In this document: one piece after another, positions 8,193 to 16,743 of the stretch | How the letters are laid out: every line of letters starts with the position of its first letter | Position numbering within the stretch: position 1 is the first letter of the stretch | From: Desulfurellales bacterium | GTDB taxonomy: Bacteria > Campylobacterota_A > Desulfurellia > Desulfurellales > Hippeaceae | Assembly: GCA_027074255.1 (NCBI GenBank) | Contig: JALTDI010000108.1 | Location: 1-26,807 of the forward strand | Reading direction: 5' to 3' | Length of the DNA stretch: 26,807 bases | The notes under the pieces: generated by a model | Told to the model about the DNA's origin: nothing | What the model saw: only the letters and a program-made list of their open reading frames with translations | Database searches by the model: none | Translations under genes and position numbers: made by a program

Positions 8193-8584
8193 AAACAGCT
8201 CGTTTACCGTTTATATTAGCTGTCTTTGTTAGCGTGGTTTTTTTAACAAGCACTGCATCTGCTGGTAATTTTCAAGATAAATACAACAAACAGCTGATGA
8301 CAAACAGGGGAATGGTCGCAACCGATTTTATGATATTCACGTGGTTTAAGCAGCATCCAGAATATAAGCAGTATGAATCTATTAAAGACAGGGTAGATTA
8401 TTTTTATAAAGAACTCGAACAAGCAAAGCAGGCGCATTTTCGAGCTCTATCATTTGCCAAGGATAAAAAATGGCAAGACGCATATATTTGGGCGAAAAAA
8501 GAATGGAAATATTTGAATGATATTGCAGTTAAGGGCAAAAAAACGCAGGATAATCTGATGGAGCTAGAAAGTAAAAAGGAATAG
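8189..8584 (+). CDS. Secreted alpha-helical protein of unknown function (nos accessory X2; paralog of 6540-6926)
   Basis: ATGA overlap with the nosB stop, Sec signal ending ASA-G, and the motifs shared with X1. Confidence 0.8.
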   Translation: MKTARLPFILAVFVSVVFLTSTASAGNFQDKYNKQLMTNRGMVATDFMIFTWFKQHPEYKQYESIKDRVDYFYKELEQAKQAHFRALSFAKDKKWQDAYIWAKKEWKYLNDIAVKGKKTQDNLMELESKKE

Positions 8585-8593
8585 GAGCCATAA

Positions 8594-9130
8594 ATGAACA
8601 GATTTTTAAAACTTGCTTTGCCGATTCTGATACCGATTTTGGGTATGGGTATAATTTTTATAGTTATATTCGGTATTCCCAAGAAAAATAATGCTATGAA
8701 GCCTGTTCCTATACGGTGGGGAGAAGATGTATGCGTCAGATGCGATATGAGCATAGTGGACGGTTATCATGCAGCTGAAATTATTAACCCTGTAACAAAA
8801 AAGGCGTATAAATTTGACGATATCGGCTGTGCAGTTATATGGCTCTATAAAGAACACAAATTTAAGTGGGCAGATAGGGCTGTTATTTGGGTCACAAGTG
8901 CAAAAAACGGTGCGTGGCTTTATGCCAAAAAGGCCTGCTGGGTTAGCGGACAGATAACACCTATGGGCTTCGGTTTCGGAGCATATAAAGAAAAACCGCA
9001 TCAATATAAAGAATGCATACCTTGGAAAACTGTTGTGAAAACCATATTCAAAAAAGAAGAGAAATTTGAAAAAGCCCTCTACGGCGGATATCCCTCAGGA
9101 GGCACCTCGGATAATGCTTCAAAAAAATAA
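8594..9130 (+). CDS. nosL: NosL-family copper chaperone (copy 1, N-terminal TM anchor)
   Basis: CVRCDM (CxxCxM), YKFDDIGCA and TPMGFGFGAY motifs. Confidence 0.88.
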   Translation: MNRFLKLALPILIPILGMGIIFIVIFGIPKKNNAMKPVPIRWGEDVCVRCDMSIVDGYHAAEIINPVTKKAYKFDDIGCAVIWLYKEHKFKWADRAVIWVTSAKNGAWLYAKKACWVSGQITPMGFGFGAYKEKPHQYKECIPWKTVVKTIFKKEEKFEKALYGGYPSGGTSDNASKK

Positions 9131-10382
9131 GCTTATATATTTGACTGTTATTGCAGTTATATTGTTTTCCCTCAATGTTAAGGCAAATACTTTGCAGGAT
9201 ATAATAGATAAGACAGCGCCCGGCGGCATAATAAAATTAAAAAAGGATATATATTACGGCGACATTATTATTAAAAAACCTTTAACACTTGACGGAGGTA
9301 GTCAGGCCATAATAGACGGCGAAGGGAAGGGTAATGTAATAACTGTTTTGTCGGACAATGTTACAATTAAGAACCTTATTATTCAAAACTCCGGTGAGCA
9401 GGGCTGGGAAATGGATGCAGGTATTGCTGTCAAAAGGGCAAATCATATAAAAATACTGCATAATATTATAAAGAACTGCTTGTATGGAATACAGACGAAA
9501 TATATGAACCATAGTTTGATTGCATACAACAATATAACGTCAAAACCTTATAAACAGGTAGGGCTGCGCGGAGATGCCATCAGACTTTGGTGGAGTAATT
9601 ATGATTTACTGAAAGGTAATTACGTACATGATTCAAGGGATTTGATTGTGTGGTTCTGTCGACACGATACTATTCAAGACCAAACAACCGTCAGGTCGAG
9701 ATATGGTATTCACTTTATGTATTCAAACTACGACAAGGTTGTAAACTATCGCGGAGACCGCAATATGGTCGGAATATACGATATGTACACAACACACGTT
9801 GAAATAGACGGCGCTTTGATTACAAACAACACGACGGTAACGGCAATAGGATTAGGTTTGAAAGACGCAAGCAACCTTGTAGCAAAAAATGTTACCGTAG
9901 AACACTGCACGAGGGGTGTGTTTATCGATGAATCGCCTTATGAGCCTGGCATGAGCTGCAAATTTGTAAACGATAGGTTTTATTACAACACCATAGCAAT
10001 GGATTTTAACACGGACGTTACCAGAAACAAAAATATATTTACACACGACGATTTTGTCGGTAATTTCAAGGACGTAAGGGTAAGCGGAGGAATGCTAGAT
10101 AAAAAAAGAGGGATTTGGAGCAATGATTATTGGGACAGGTATGTAGGCTATGATTCAAACGGGGATGGTATAGGTGATTTGCCTTTTTTTGAAATGAAGT
10201 ATTCCGGCGTTATATCTGAGGATAATCCTAATCTAAGACTTTTTACAGGCTCACCTATATTTACTTTCATAGACTTTATAGAAAAACTTATACCGTTTTC
10301 AAAACCAAGCATTCTTCTTGTGGATAAAAAACCTTTGATGAGATTGTATTTACCCAAATTACATAAAAAAGGAGAAGATTGA
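9114..10382 (+). CDS. nosD: NosD periplasmic copper-transfer protein (CASH beta-helix)
   Basis: RGDAIRLW, SRD, RYGIHFMYS...MY (His/Met/Met) and YWDRY.GYD.NGDGIGD motifs. The signal peptide and a GGAGG RBS fit ATG 9114. Confidence 0.92.
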   Translation: MLQKNKLIYLTVIAVILFSLNVKANTLQDIIDKTAPGGIIKLKKDIYYGDIIIKKPLTLDGGSQAIIDGEGKGNVITVLSDNVTIKNLIIQNSGEQGWEMDAGIAVKRANHIKILHNIIKNCLYGIQTKYMNHSLIAYNNITSKPYKQVGLRGDAIRLWWSNYDLLKGNYVHDSRDLIVWFCRHDTIQDQTTVRSRYGIHFMYSNYDKVVNYRGDRNMVGIYDMYTTHVEIDGALITNNTTVTAIGLGLKDASNLVAKNVTVEHCTRGVFIDESPYEPGMSCKFVNDRFYYNTIAMDFNTDVTRNKNIFTHDDFVGNFKDVRVSGGMLDKKRGIWSNDYWDRYVGYDSNGDGIGDLPFFEMKYSGVISEDNPNLRLFTGSPIFTFIDFIEKLIPFSKPSILLVDKKPLMRLYLPKLHKKGED

Positions 10383-10383
10383 G

Positions 10384-11079
10384 ATGGACAGACGCATCTT
10401 TGTGAAGTATCTAAGCATGACAGTTGTAGGAACGGCTGTTGGAGTTGGTGTTACTCCTCTTTTGACAGAGGAACAGCAGACATTGTTGAGGCCGCCGGGT
10501 GCTATTAATGAAAAGGATTTTCTCGGAGCCTGTATAAAATGCGGATTGTGTGTTCAGATATGTCCTGTTGATGCCATTAAGCTGGCTGATATCAATAAAG
10601 GACTATCCTACCAAACGCCGTACATGGATGCCAGAACAAATGCCTGTGATTTTTCCTGCAAAGGTATTCAGTGTGTTCTCGTGTGCCCGACATACGCATT
10701 GGTGCATGAGCTTGCCGAAAATGCCGAGGCGGTTCGCATCGGTCTTGCGGTTGTTAAGCCGGATCTATGCCTTGCGGTTAAAGGTGAAAAATTGAAAACA
10801 AAATCTAAACATAAATGGGATGAATGGAAATATAAATGGAAAGTTAACCCCGCTTCTTATACCAAAGAGATATGCAACTTATGCTACGATAAGTGTCCGA
10901 TTGGACCCGGAGCCATTACAATAGAAGAAAGAAAAGATAAAAAGACAGGCAGGACTTATCAGATTCCTGTTGTTAAAAGCGGATGTACGGGCTGCGGCGT
11001 ATGCGAAATGGTTTGTCCGGCCGAACCGGCCGCCATTGTAATTATTCCCGGAATGAAATGGGGTGAGAAAAATGGATAA
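10384..11079 (+). CDS. nosG: NosG (NapG/MauM-like) periplasmic polyferredoxin
   Basis: Tat motif DRRIFVK, LRPPGA and four 4Fe-4S Cys sets (CIKCGLCVQICP; CDFSC...C..VCP; C...CNLCYDKCP; CTGCGVCEMVCP). Confidence 0.9.
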   Translation: MDRRIFVKYLSMTVVGTAVGVGVTPLLTEEQQTLLRPPGAINEKDFLGACIKCGLCVQICPVDAIKLADINKGLSYQTPYMDARTNACDFSCKGIQCVLVCPTYALVHELAENAEAVRIGLAVVKPDLCLAVKGEKLKTKSKHKWDEWKYKWKVNPASYTKEICNLCYDKCPIGPGAITIEERKDKKTGRTYQIPVVKSGCTGCGVCEMVCPAEPAAIVIIPGMKWGEKNG

Positions 11080-11998
11080 TAAAAATATAAAAACTGAAAA
11101 CAAGATACAAAGTAAAGAAAAGGTGAAAAGGGGTAACTTTTACGAACTGTTTATCAATACGAGAAAAATAAGACCCAAGCGTATATCGTATAGATGCGTA
11201 AGATGGTTTTCCATAATTCTTATAGCCGCAACTTTTGCACTTTCATTTAAATGGGCGCTTGATTTTCTTGCAGGGAGCCTTAACGGCTCAAGACTGATGA
11301 GTTTTTTCCTGATTGACCTATATACGGGACTTGAATATGTTGTAGCCCATAAAATGATTACGATGAATGCGGTCATTGGTTTTCTGACTATTTTGGCTTT
11401 TTACTTTATAGTTGGCGGCAGGACGTTTTGCGGTTGGGTTTGTCCATATAATCTGCTTGCCGAGTTAGGCGAGATAATCCATGAATATTTGAGAAAAAAG
11501 GGAATAATTAAAAAAAGAAGAATGTATTCAGAACATGTGAGATATGTATTTTGGGTTATATTTATATTGATACCGCTGATAACGGGTGTGATTTTCTTTG
11601 AATCCTTTAATCCGGTTGACATACTAAACAGGGCTTTTATTTACGGACCCACGGTTTTGCTTTTATGGGTGCTGCTGCTTTTGAGCATTGAGGTTTTTTA
11701 CGCCAGGCGATTCTGGTGTAAATATGTGTGTCCGACAGGAACAACATACGGCATGCTCGGTAAAGTAAGTATGCTGCGGGTTAAATTCGATTTGAATAAT
11801 TGCACCCACTGCGGCAACTGCTATAAAGTGTGCATAGAACCGACGCTGCTTACCGACGCCTTAAAGGAATCGCACGATACTCAGGATAAAACGGCATTTG
11901 TCAAGGGCGCCGCATGTATAAACTGTGCACGCTGTATTGATGTTTGCGCTTATGATGCTTTAAAGTTTGATTTAAGGTATTTGGATAAAATACTCTGA
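11072..11998 (+). CDS. nosH: NosH (NapH-like) membrane polyferredoxin, quinol dehydrogenase component
   Basis: Four TM segments, CGWVCP and WCKYVCP motifs, and C-terminal CTHCGNCYKVC and CINCARCIDVC clusters. Confidence 0.9.
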   Translation: MDNKNIKTENKIQSKEKVKRGNFYELFINTRKIRPKRISYRCVRWFSIILIAATFALSFKWALDFLAGSLNGSRLMSFFLIDLYTGLEYVVAHKMITMNAVIGFLTILAFYFIVGGRTFCGWVCPYNLLAELGEIIHEYLRKKGIIKKRRMYSEHVRYVFWVIFILIPLITGVIFFESFNPVDILNRAFIYGPTVLLLWVLLLLSIEVFYARRFWCKYVCPTGTTYGMLGKVSMLRVKFDLNNCTHCGNCYKVCIEPTLLTDALKESHDTQDKTAFVKGAACINCARCIDVCAYDALKFDLRYLDKIL

Positions 11999-12013
11999 TT
12001 GGAGGCCGATTTT

Positions 12014-12658
12014 TTGATTGATATTAAAGGGCTTGGAAAGGATTTTGGCAAGGGCATAGTGCTTCATGATATAAACTTACATATTGGAAAGGGCGAGAGA
12101 ATCATGGTTGTAGGCGGAAACGGAAGTGGAAAGACTACAATGCTGCGCTGTATAATTGGTTCTTATGTCTATAAAGGCGAAATAAGAATTATGGATATGG
12201 AGGCAAGGCACAATAAAAGCAAACTTGCCAATTATATAGGGTATGTACCTCAAATCCCTCCGCCGATTCTTATGACAGTTCAGCAGCTGATAGAATTCAT
12301 TTGCAATATAGATAACAAACAGGATGAAGAAAATGTTATATACGATGTTTTGAAGAAGCTTCAATTCGAGGATATCGGTATAAAAAGACACTTTAAAAAA
12401 CTTTCCGGAGGCATGCAGAAAAAGGTCTTGATGGCAATAGCTTTGGGAAGACAGCCGAATATTTTAGTATTAGATGAACCGCTTGCCTATATAGATCCGG
12501 ATAGCAGGGTCATAATTTCCAATGTTGTCAATGCCATGCCGAATGATTTAACACTGATTTATACGTCACACAGAGAAGAAAAGGGCAGTATAAGGGCAGA
12601 TAGAATCATAGAAATGGATAACGGAGAAATTATTAGGGATGAACCCTATTCATCATAA
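12014..12658 (+). CDS. nosF: NosF ABC ATPase
   Basis: Walker A GGNGSGKT, signature LSGGMQKK, Walker B ILVLDEP. GGAGG at 12001-12005 supports TTG 12014. Confidence 0.88.
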   Translation: MIDIKGLGKDFGKGIVLHDINLHIGKGERIMVVGGNGSGKTTMLRCIIGSYVYKGEIRIMDMEARHNKSKLANYIGYVPQIPPPILMTVQQLIEFICNIDNKQDEENVIYDVLKKLQFEDIGIKRHFKKLSGGMQKKVLMAIALGRQPNILVLDEPLAYIDPDSRVIISNVVNAMPNDLTLIYTSHREEKGSIRADRIIEMDNGEIIRDEPYSS

Positions 12659-12686
12659 ACGAAAATTGTTTAGCGGAGGCATGATA

Positions 12687-13223
12687 ATGAAATTTGCCAA
12701 AATGTTTTTTATGTTTGCTGCGGTATTTGTGTTTACAGTGTTCATCGGCTCTTTGTCTCATGCTGCTTCTACCGAAACGGCATTGAAGCCCGTTCCTATT
12801 AATTTCGGGCACGATAGATGTAAAAGATGCTTTATGCTGATTAGAAGCCCTCGTTATTCGGCTGAGGTCGGTAATATGCAAAGCGGTAAAATTTATAAGT
12901 TCGATGATATCGGCTGCGCTGTAATGTGGCTTTATAAAGATTGTCATTTTGCTTGGTATAAAAGTGCTAAGATATGGGTGAGTGATGCCAAAACGGGTAA
13001 ATGGCTCAATGCAAAAACAGCATGCTGGGTTGACGGTGAAATTACGCCTATGCATTTTGGCTTTGGTGCGTATAAAAGGGGCGAAATAAATAAAACATGT
13101 TTAAATTGGAAGACAGTAAAGAAATTAATTTTGAAAAGGGGTATAAAAAAAGAAAACCGTATGAAAAAATTTGTTCCTAAAAAATGGGAAATAAAAGTAA
13201 AAAAAATGTGCATACTAAACTGA
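12687..13223 (+). CDS. nosL: NosL-family copper chaperone (copy 2, cleavable Sec signal)
   Basis: CKRCFM, YKFDDIGCA and TPMHFGFGAY motifs; clearly similar to copy 1. RBS GGAGG lies 7 nt before ATG 12687. Confidence 0.86.
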   Translation: MKFAKMFFMFAAVFVFTVFIGSLSHAASTETALKPVPINFGHDRCKRCFMLIRSPRYSAEVGNMQSGKIYKFDDIGCAVMWLYKDCHFAWYKSAKIWVSDAKTGKWLNAKTACWVDGEITPMHFGFGAYKRGEINKTCLNWKTVKKLILKRGIKKENRMKKFVPKKWEIKVKKMCILN

Positions 13224-13261
13224 CAAGAAATCCTCATTGATGAGTCTTTTCTTGTTATACT
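13223..13261 (+). promoter_or_regulatory. Inverted repeat with overlapping extended -10 before nosY
   Basis: ACAAGAAA...CTCA-TTGA-TGAG...TTTCTTGT (13223-13255); TG-T-TATACT at 13253-13261. Confidence 0.35.
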
Positions 13262-13278
13262 GTTATGAGGTGTGAGGG

Positions 13279-14106
13279 TTGAGAAATTTAATCAATATGG
13301 TTGTTTTTGAGATAAAGGATTCCTTTAGAGGAAAATGGTTTTATATCTATTTTGTCATTTTTTTCGGATTAATGGTTGGATTTTTGTGGTCGGGTATAAC
13401 TGCTTCTCAGGTTTTGGGATTTACGGGTTTATCCAGGGTTTTGATTGGCTATATTGAGATTACGATAATTGTTTTGCCTCTGTTTATTTTAATAAGCGCA
13501 TCGAGGTCTGTGGTTATGGAAAGAGAGCTTTTTATCCTTGAGTACCTCGTTTCCTTTCCTTTGTCCATATCTCAATATTATTGGGGTAAATTCATAGGTA
13601 GGTTTATAGTTATCATTATACCTATCTATACGGCTTTGCTTGCAAGCTTGATATGGGGATTGACAAAGCATTTTACCATACCTTTGGGATTGTACGCCAT
13701 ATATTCTGGTTTGGTAGCAGCTTTGTCCTTGTGTTTCCTCGGTATATCATATTTTATTTCTTCTTTGTCGCAGAGGCAGGATACGGCTATATTCACAGCA
13801 TTCTTTGTTTGGTTTTTCTTCGTTATTCTCCTTGATGTGGGTATTTTGGGTCTTTTTCTGCAGTTTGGCATAAACTTAAACCTTGTTCTTGCAATGGCCC
13901 TTGCCAACCCTCTGGAGTTGTTTCGTATAGCGGCTTTCAGCCTTTTTGACACCAAATTGGCGGTTATAGGACCGATTGCATGGACTCTTTTGAGTAAAAT
14001 CGGCAATAACGGACTTTTGATTTTTTCTTATATATATCCTGTTGTTACGGGGCTTTTCATAGGTTTTATAGGCCTTGTCTATTTTAAAAAGAATGACTAT
14101 ATTTAA
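13279..14106 (+). CDS. nosY: NosY ABC permease
   Basis: About six TM helices with E.KDS.R.KW, ERE...LEYL.SFP, GKF.GR and NPL.LFR motifs; located in the nos cluster. Confidence 0.88.
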   Translation: MRNLINMVVFEIKDSFRGKWFYIYFVIFFGLMVGFLWSGITASQVLGFTGLSRVLIGYIEITIIVLPLFILISASRSVVMERELFILEYLVSFPLSISQYYWGKFIGRFIVIIIPIYTALLASLIWGLTKHFTIPLGLYAIYSGLVAALSLCFLGISYFISSLSQRQDTAIFTAFFVWFFFVILLDVGILGLFLQFGINLNLVLAMALANPLELFRIAAFSLFDTKLAVIGPIAWTLLSKIGNNGLLIFSYIYPVVTGLFIGFIGLVYFKKNDYI

Positions 14107-14126
14107 AAAATGAGGGGGAGATGATT

Positions 14127-15098
14127 ATGAAAAAGATTGTAATCTTGATTGCAGTTGTTATTTTTCTTTCTGTTAATTCTTATGCAGTAAATCTTCAGTC
14201 TATCATAGATAAATCTGCAGAAGGTGCAGCTATTAATCTGAAAAAAGGAAATTATACCGGTAATGTTGTAATAATAAAAACATTAACCCTAAATTGTAAC
14301 GGTGCTGTCATCAACGCCCATGGCAAAGGTGATGTATTGGTTATAAAAAGGGCAAAGGATGTGGTTATAAAAAATTGCGTTTTGCAAAATTCGGGCTCAA
14401 GCGGCTGGAAAATGGACGCGGGTGTTCAAATTATCGGAGCAAAGGGTACTGTTTTAAAGAACAATACAATAGAAAATTGTTTGTACGGCATTGTCGCAAA
14501 GTCGGCCAAAAAAACAATGATAGAAGGAAATGATATATCGTCAAAACCGTACAGCGAGGGTGTAAAAGGCGATGCCATACGGTTGTGGTGGAGCAGCAAC
14601 AGTGTAGTCAAAAACAACAAGATTCACAATTCGCGTGATGTCGTTTCACTGTTTTCAAATAACGTTATTTTTGATTCAAACAGAGCATCGTATTCCCATA
14701 TAGGCGTTATGGTGCAGAACTCAAACAACAACAAGATTTTGAACTTTAAGGGCTATAATAACGAGGTAAATATTCTTTTAAACTCTGCTGACAATACCGT
14801 TATAAAAGATTTTTCCATTAAAAATAAAGGAAAATTCAGAGGCATAGCTTTAATTAGGGCAAGTAATACTTTGATTGAAAATGGCTCCATAGAGCAGTGT
14901 AATAAGGGTCTTGTGATTAATCTGTCCCCTGCAAAAAGCGGCAGCAAAAACTACTTAAAAAACATTAGAATCAGAGGTAACAATATAGGCATATATCTGC
15001 ATACGACAGCAGAGCAGAGAGATAGAAACATATTGAAAAAGATAAGCTATGAGGGCAACAAAGTAAATTTAATGGATGAGTGGAAAACGCATAAATAG
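14127..15098 (+). CDS. Second, truncated NosD-like beta-helix protein
   Basis: Sec signal. The N-terminal half parallels NosD1 (QNSG..GW.MDAG; I.SKPY...GDAIRLWWS; H.SRD). It lacks the HFM copper motif and the C-terminal GDGIGD region. Start could be 14121 or 14127. Confidence 0.8.
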   Translation: MKKIVILIAVVIFLSVNSYAVNLQSIIDKSAEGAAINLKKGNYTGNVVIIKTLTLNCNGAVINAHGKGDVLVIKRAKDVVIKNCVLQNSGSSGWKMDAGVQIIGAKGTVLKNNTIENCLYGIVAKSAKKTMIEGNDISSKPYSEGVKGDAIRLWWSSNSVVKNNKIHNSRDVVSLFSNNVIFDSNRASYSHIGVMVQNSNNNKILNFKGYNNEVNILLNSADNTVIKDFSIKNKGKFRGIALIRASNTLIENGSIEQCNKGLVINLSPAKSGSKNYLKNIRIRGNNIGIYLHTTAEQRDRNILKKISYEGNKVNLMDEWKTHK

Positions 15099-15106
15099 GG
15101 GGAGTT

Positions 15107-16117
15107 ATGGGAAAAAAGAAAATTAATAAAGTGGGATGGTGGTTCCTTGGAGTAGGAGCAGTTATTTTATTTATAGTTGCTCTTAATATGTTTCACGAGT
15201 ACGGCAGCAGCGGTAAAGTTAAGCTTCTCTCAAAGGCCACTGTTGACGGTAAATTAAACCCCGGTGAATATACCAACAGTTTTACAGATAAGAAAAACGG
15301 GTACAAACTGTATTGGAGAATAAGCGGTAAAAACATATATTTTGGTATGCATTCGCCCAAAAAAGGTTGGGTTGCTGTCGGTCTCGGCGCAAAGAAAGCC
15401 ATGCAGGATGCAGATATATATATTGCTTATGTAAAGGACGGCAAAGCACATATAAGAGAAGAATGGGGAAACACCCCTTATTCACATATACCGATAAAAA
15501 ATATGGGTGAAAAAAATGACGTGGAAAAATATGCCGGTAAGATAAATTCAAACGGTATAGATATTGAATTTGAAAGGCCTCTGAAAGTTTTACAGAAGCA
15601 TACAAAATCCATAGAAAAAAGGGACATGAACGTTATATTTGCTTTTTCCACTGCTGCCGATTTTACGACATATCACGGTGCAGGCTCAAGAGGCTCTACA
15701 AAGATAAACTTCTTTGCAGTCTCAAAGGCAAAAAAGAGTGGCGGCTTAAAGATGTGGGTTGAGGATGTGAAATCGTATCAGATAGCCGCTATTACCTGGG
15801 GAGTCCTGTTTTTAATGGCGGCATTTATAGCTTTTGTCAGTGTTTGGATTGAAAAAGACTCTGACAGCCCGATTCATGTTAGAAAAGAAATTGTTGGAAT
15901 AGGCCCTTTTATTAGCATACTGACTCTCGGTATATTGGATATAATTTTGATCATTGCATTTATAGTCGAACTGTTTTCTAAAACAACTCCGTCTGTTCGA
16001 GGACTTACCGCTTCATTGGTTTTTTTACTGATTGCTGTTATGATTGCTTTGTATAGGCACTACTATATTGATGAAGAGGTTATGGTTCACGAAATGGACG
16101 ATGAGCTTCCATGGTAA
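15107..16117 (+). CDS. Membrane protein with periplasmic DOMON (putative heme b, Met/His) domain and three C-terminal TM helices
   Basis: N-terminal TM, VDGKLNPGEY, GWVAVGLG..KAMQDADI (Met), IEFERPL, FTTYHG (His), three TM helices and an acidic tail ending ELPW. Lies directly upstream of the Rieske gene. Confidence 0.72.
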   Translation: MGKKKINKVGWWFLGVGAVILFIVALNMFHEYGSSGKVKLLSKATVDGKLNPGEYTNSFTDKKNGYKLYWRISGKNIYFGMHSPKKGWVAVGLGAKKAMQDADIYIAYVKDGKAHIREEWGNTPYSHIPIKNMGEKNDVEKYAGKINSNGIDIEFERPLKVLQKHTKSIEKRDMNVIFAFSTAADFTTYHGAGSRGSTKINFFAVSKAKKSGGLKMWVEDVKSYQIAAITWGVLFLMAAFIAFVSVWIEKDSDSPIHVRKEIVGIGPFISILTLGILDIILIIAFIVELFSKTTPSVRGLTASLVFLLIAVMIALYRHYYIDEEVMVHEMDDELPW

Positions 16118-16133
16118 AATTAAGGGGGTAAAA

Positions 16134-16742
16134 ATGGGTGAGAAAAAGATAGTGTATAACGAATGTACAACAAGAAGAAAGATTTTAAAGGGTATGCTGG
16201 GTATTGCCGGTGTCGGAGCTTTGGGCGGATTGACATTGTCTTTTGGAACAATCAAATCTCCCTCAAATAAGAAAAAGAGGCAAAAAGTGGCAAAGGGAGA
16301 CAAACTTGTTTTTGCCGTAGGACCCAATGCCGGTAAATTGATAAACATGAAAGATTTGCCGCTCAAAAAAGGAATCCTTGCTTTTCCAAAAGGCAAAGAA
16401 GAACACAATAACCTCATACTGCTGTTTCATGCCGAAGAGAAGGAGTTTCAAAAACCGACAAAGATTGGCTACACCGTCGAGGGTTTTTGTGCATACAGCG
16501 CTATCTGCACACACATGGGATGTACCGTAGAATGGTATCCTCAAAAACAGTTTTCTTTTGATTTTCCACATCTATTTTGTCCGTGCCATCAATCTGTGTT
16601 CGATGTATTTCATGGAGCAAAGGTATTGGCAGGTCCTGCACCGAGGCCGCTCCCTCAACTGCCCTTAATGATAGCCGACAATACAATATCGGCGGCAGGT
16701 GATTTTGACGGACCGATAGGGCCTAAACAGGGGGTGGAGTAG
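16134..16742 (+). CDS. Rieske 2Fe-2S subunit of a Rieske/cytochrome b complex
   Basis: Tat motif TRRKILK, box I CTHMGC, box II CPCHQSVF and GPAPRPLP motif. RBS supports ATG 16134. Confidence 0.93.
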   Translation: MGEKKIVYNECTTRRKILKGMLGIAGVGALGGLTLSFGTIKSPSNKKKRQKVAKGDKLVFAVGPNAGKLINMKDLPLKKGILAFPKGKEEHNNLILLFHAEEKEFQKPTKIGYTVEGFCAYSAICTHMGCTVEWYPQKQFSFDFPHLFCPCHQSVFDVFHGAKVLAGPAPRPLPQLPLMIADNTISAAGDFDGPIGPKQGVE

Positions 16743-16743
16743 C

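Noticed and set aside
14127-15098. nosD2 as a pseudogene
   Set aside because: Uninterrupted 324-codon frame, intact signal peptide and RBS, and tight spacing to the next gene. Kept as a CDS pending dN/dS.
9066-16133. Longer ORF-track starts (9066, 11063, 11999, 12639, 16044; also 4451, 6969, 20935)
   Set aside because: Downstream starts have well-spaced Shine-Dalgarno sequences and/or place signal peptides at the N-terminus.
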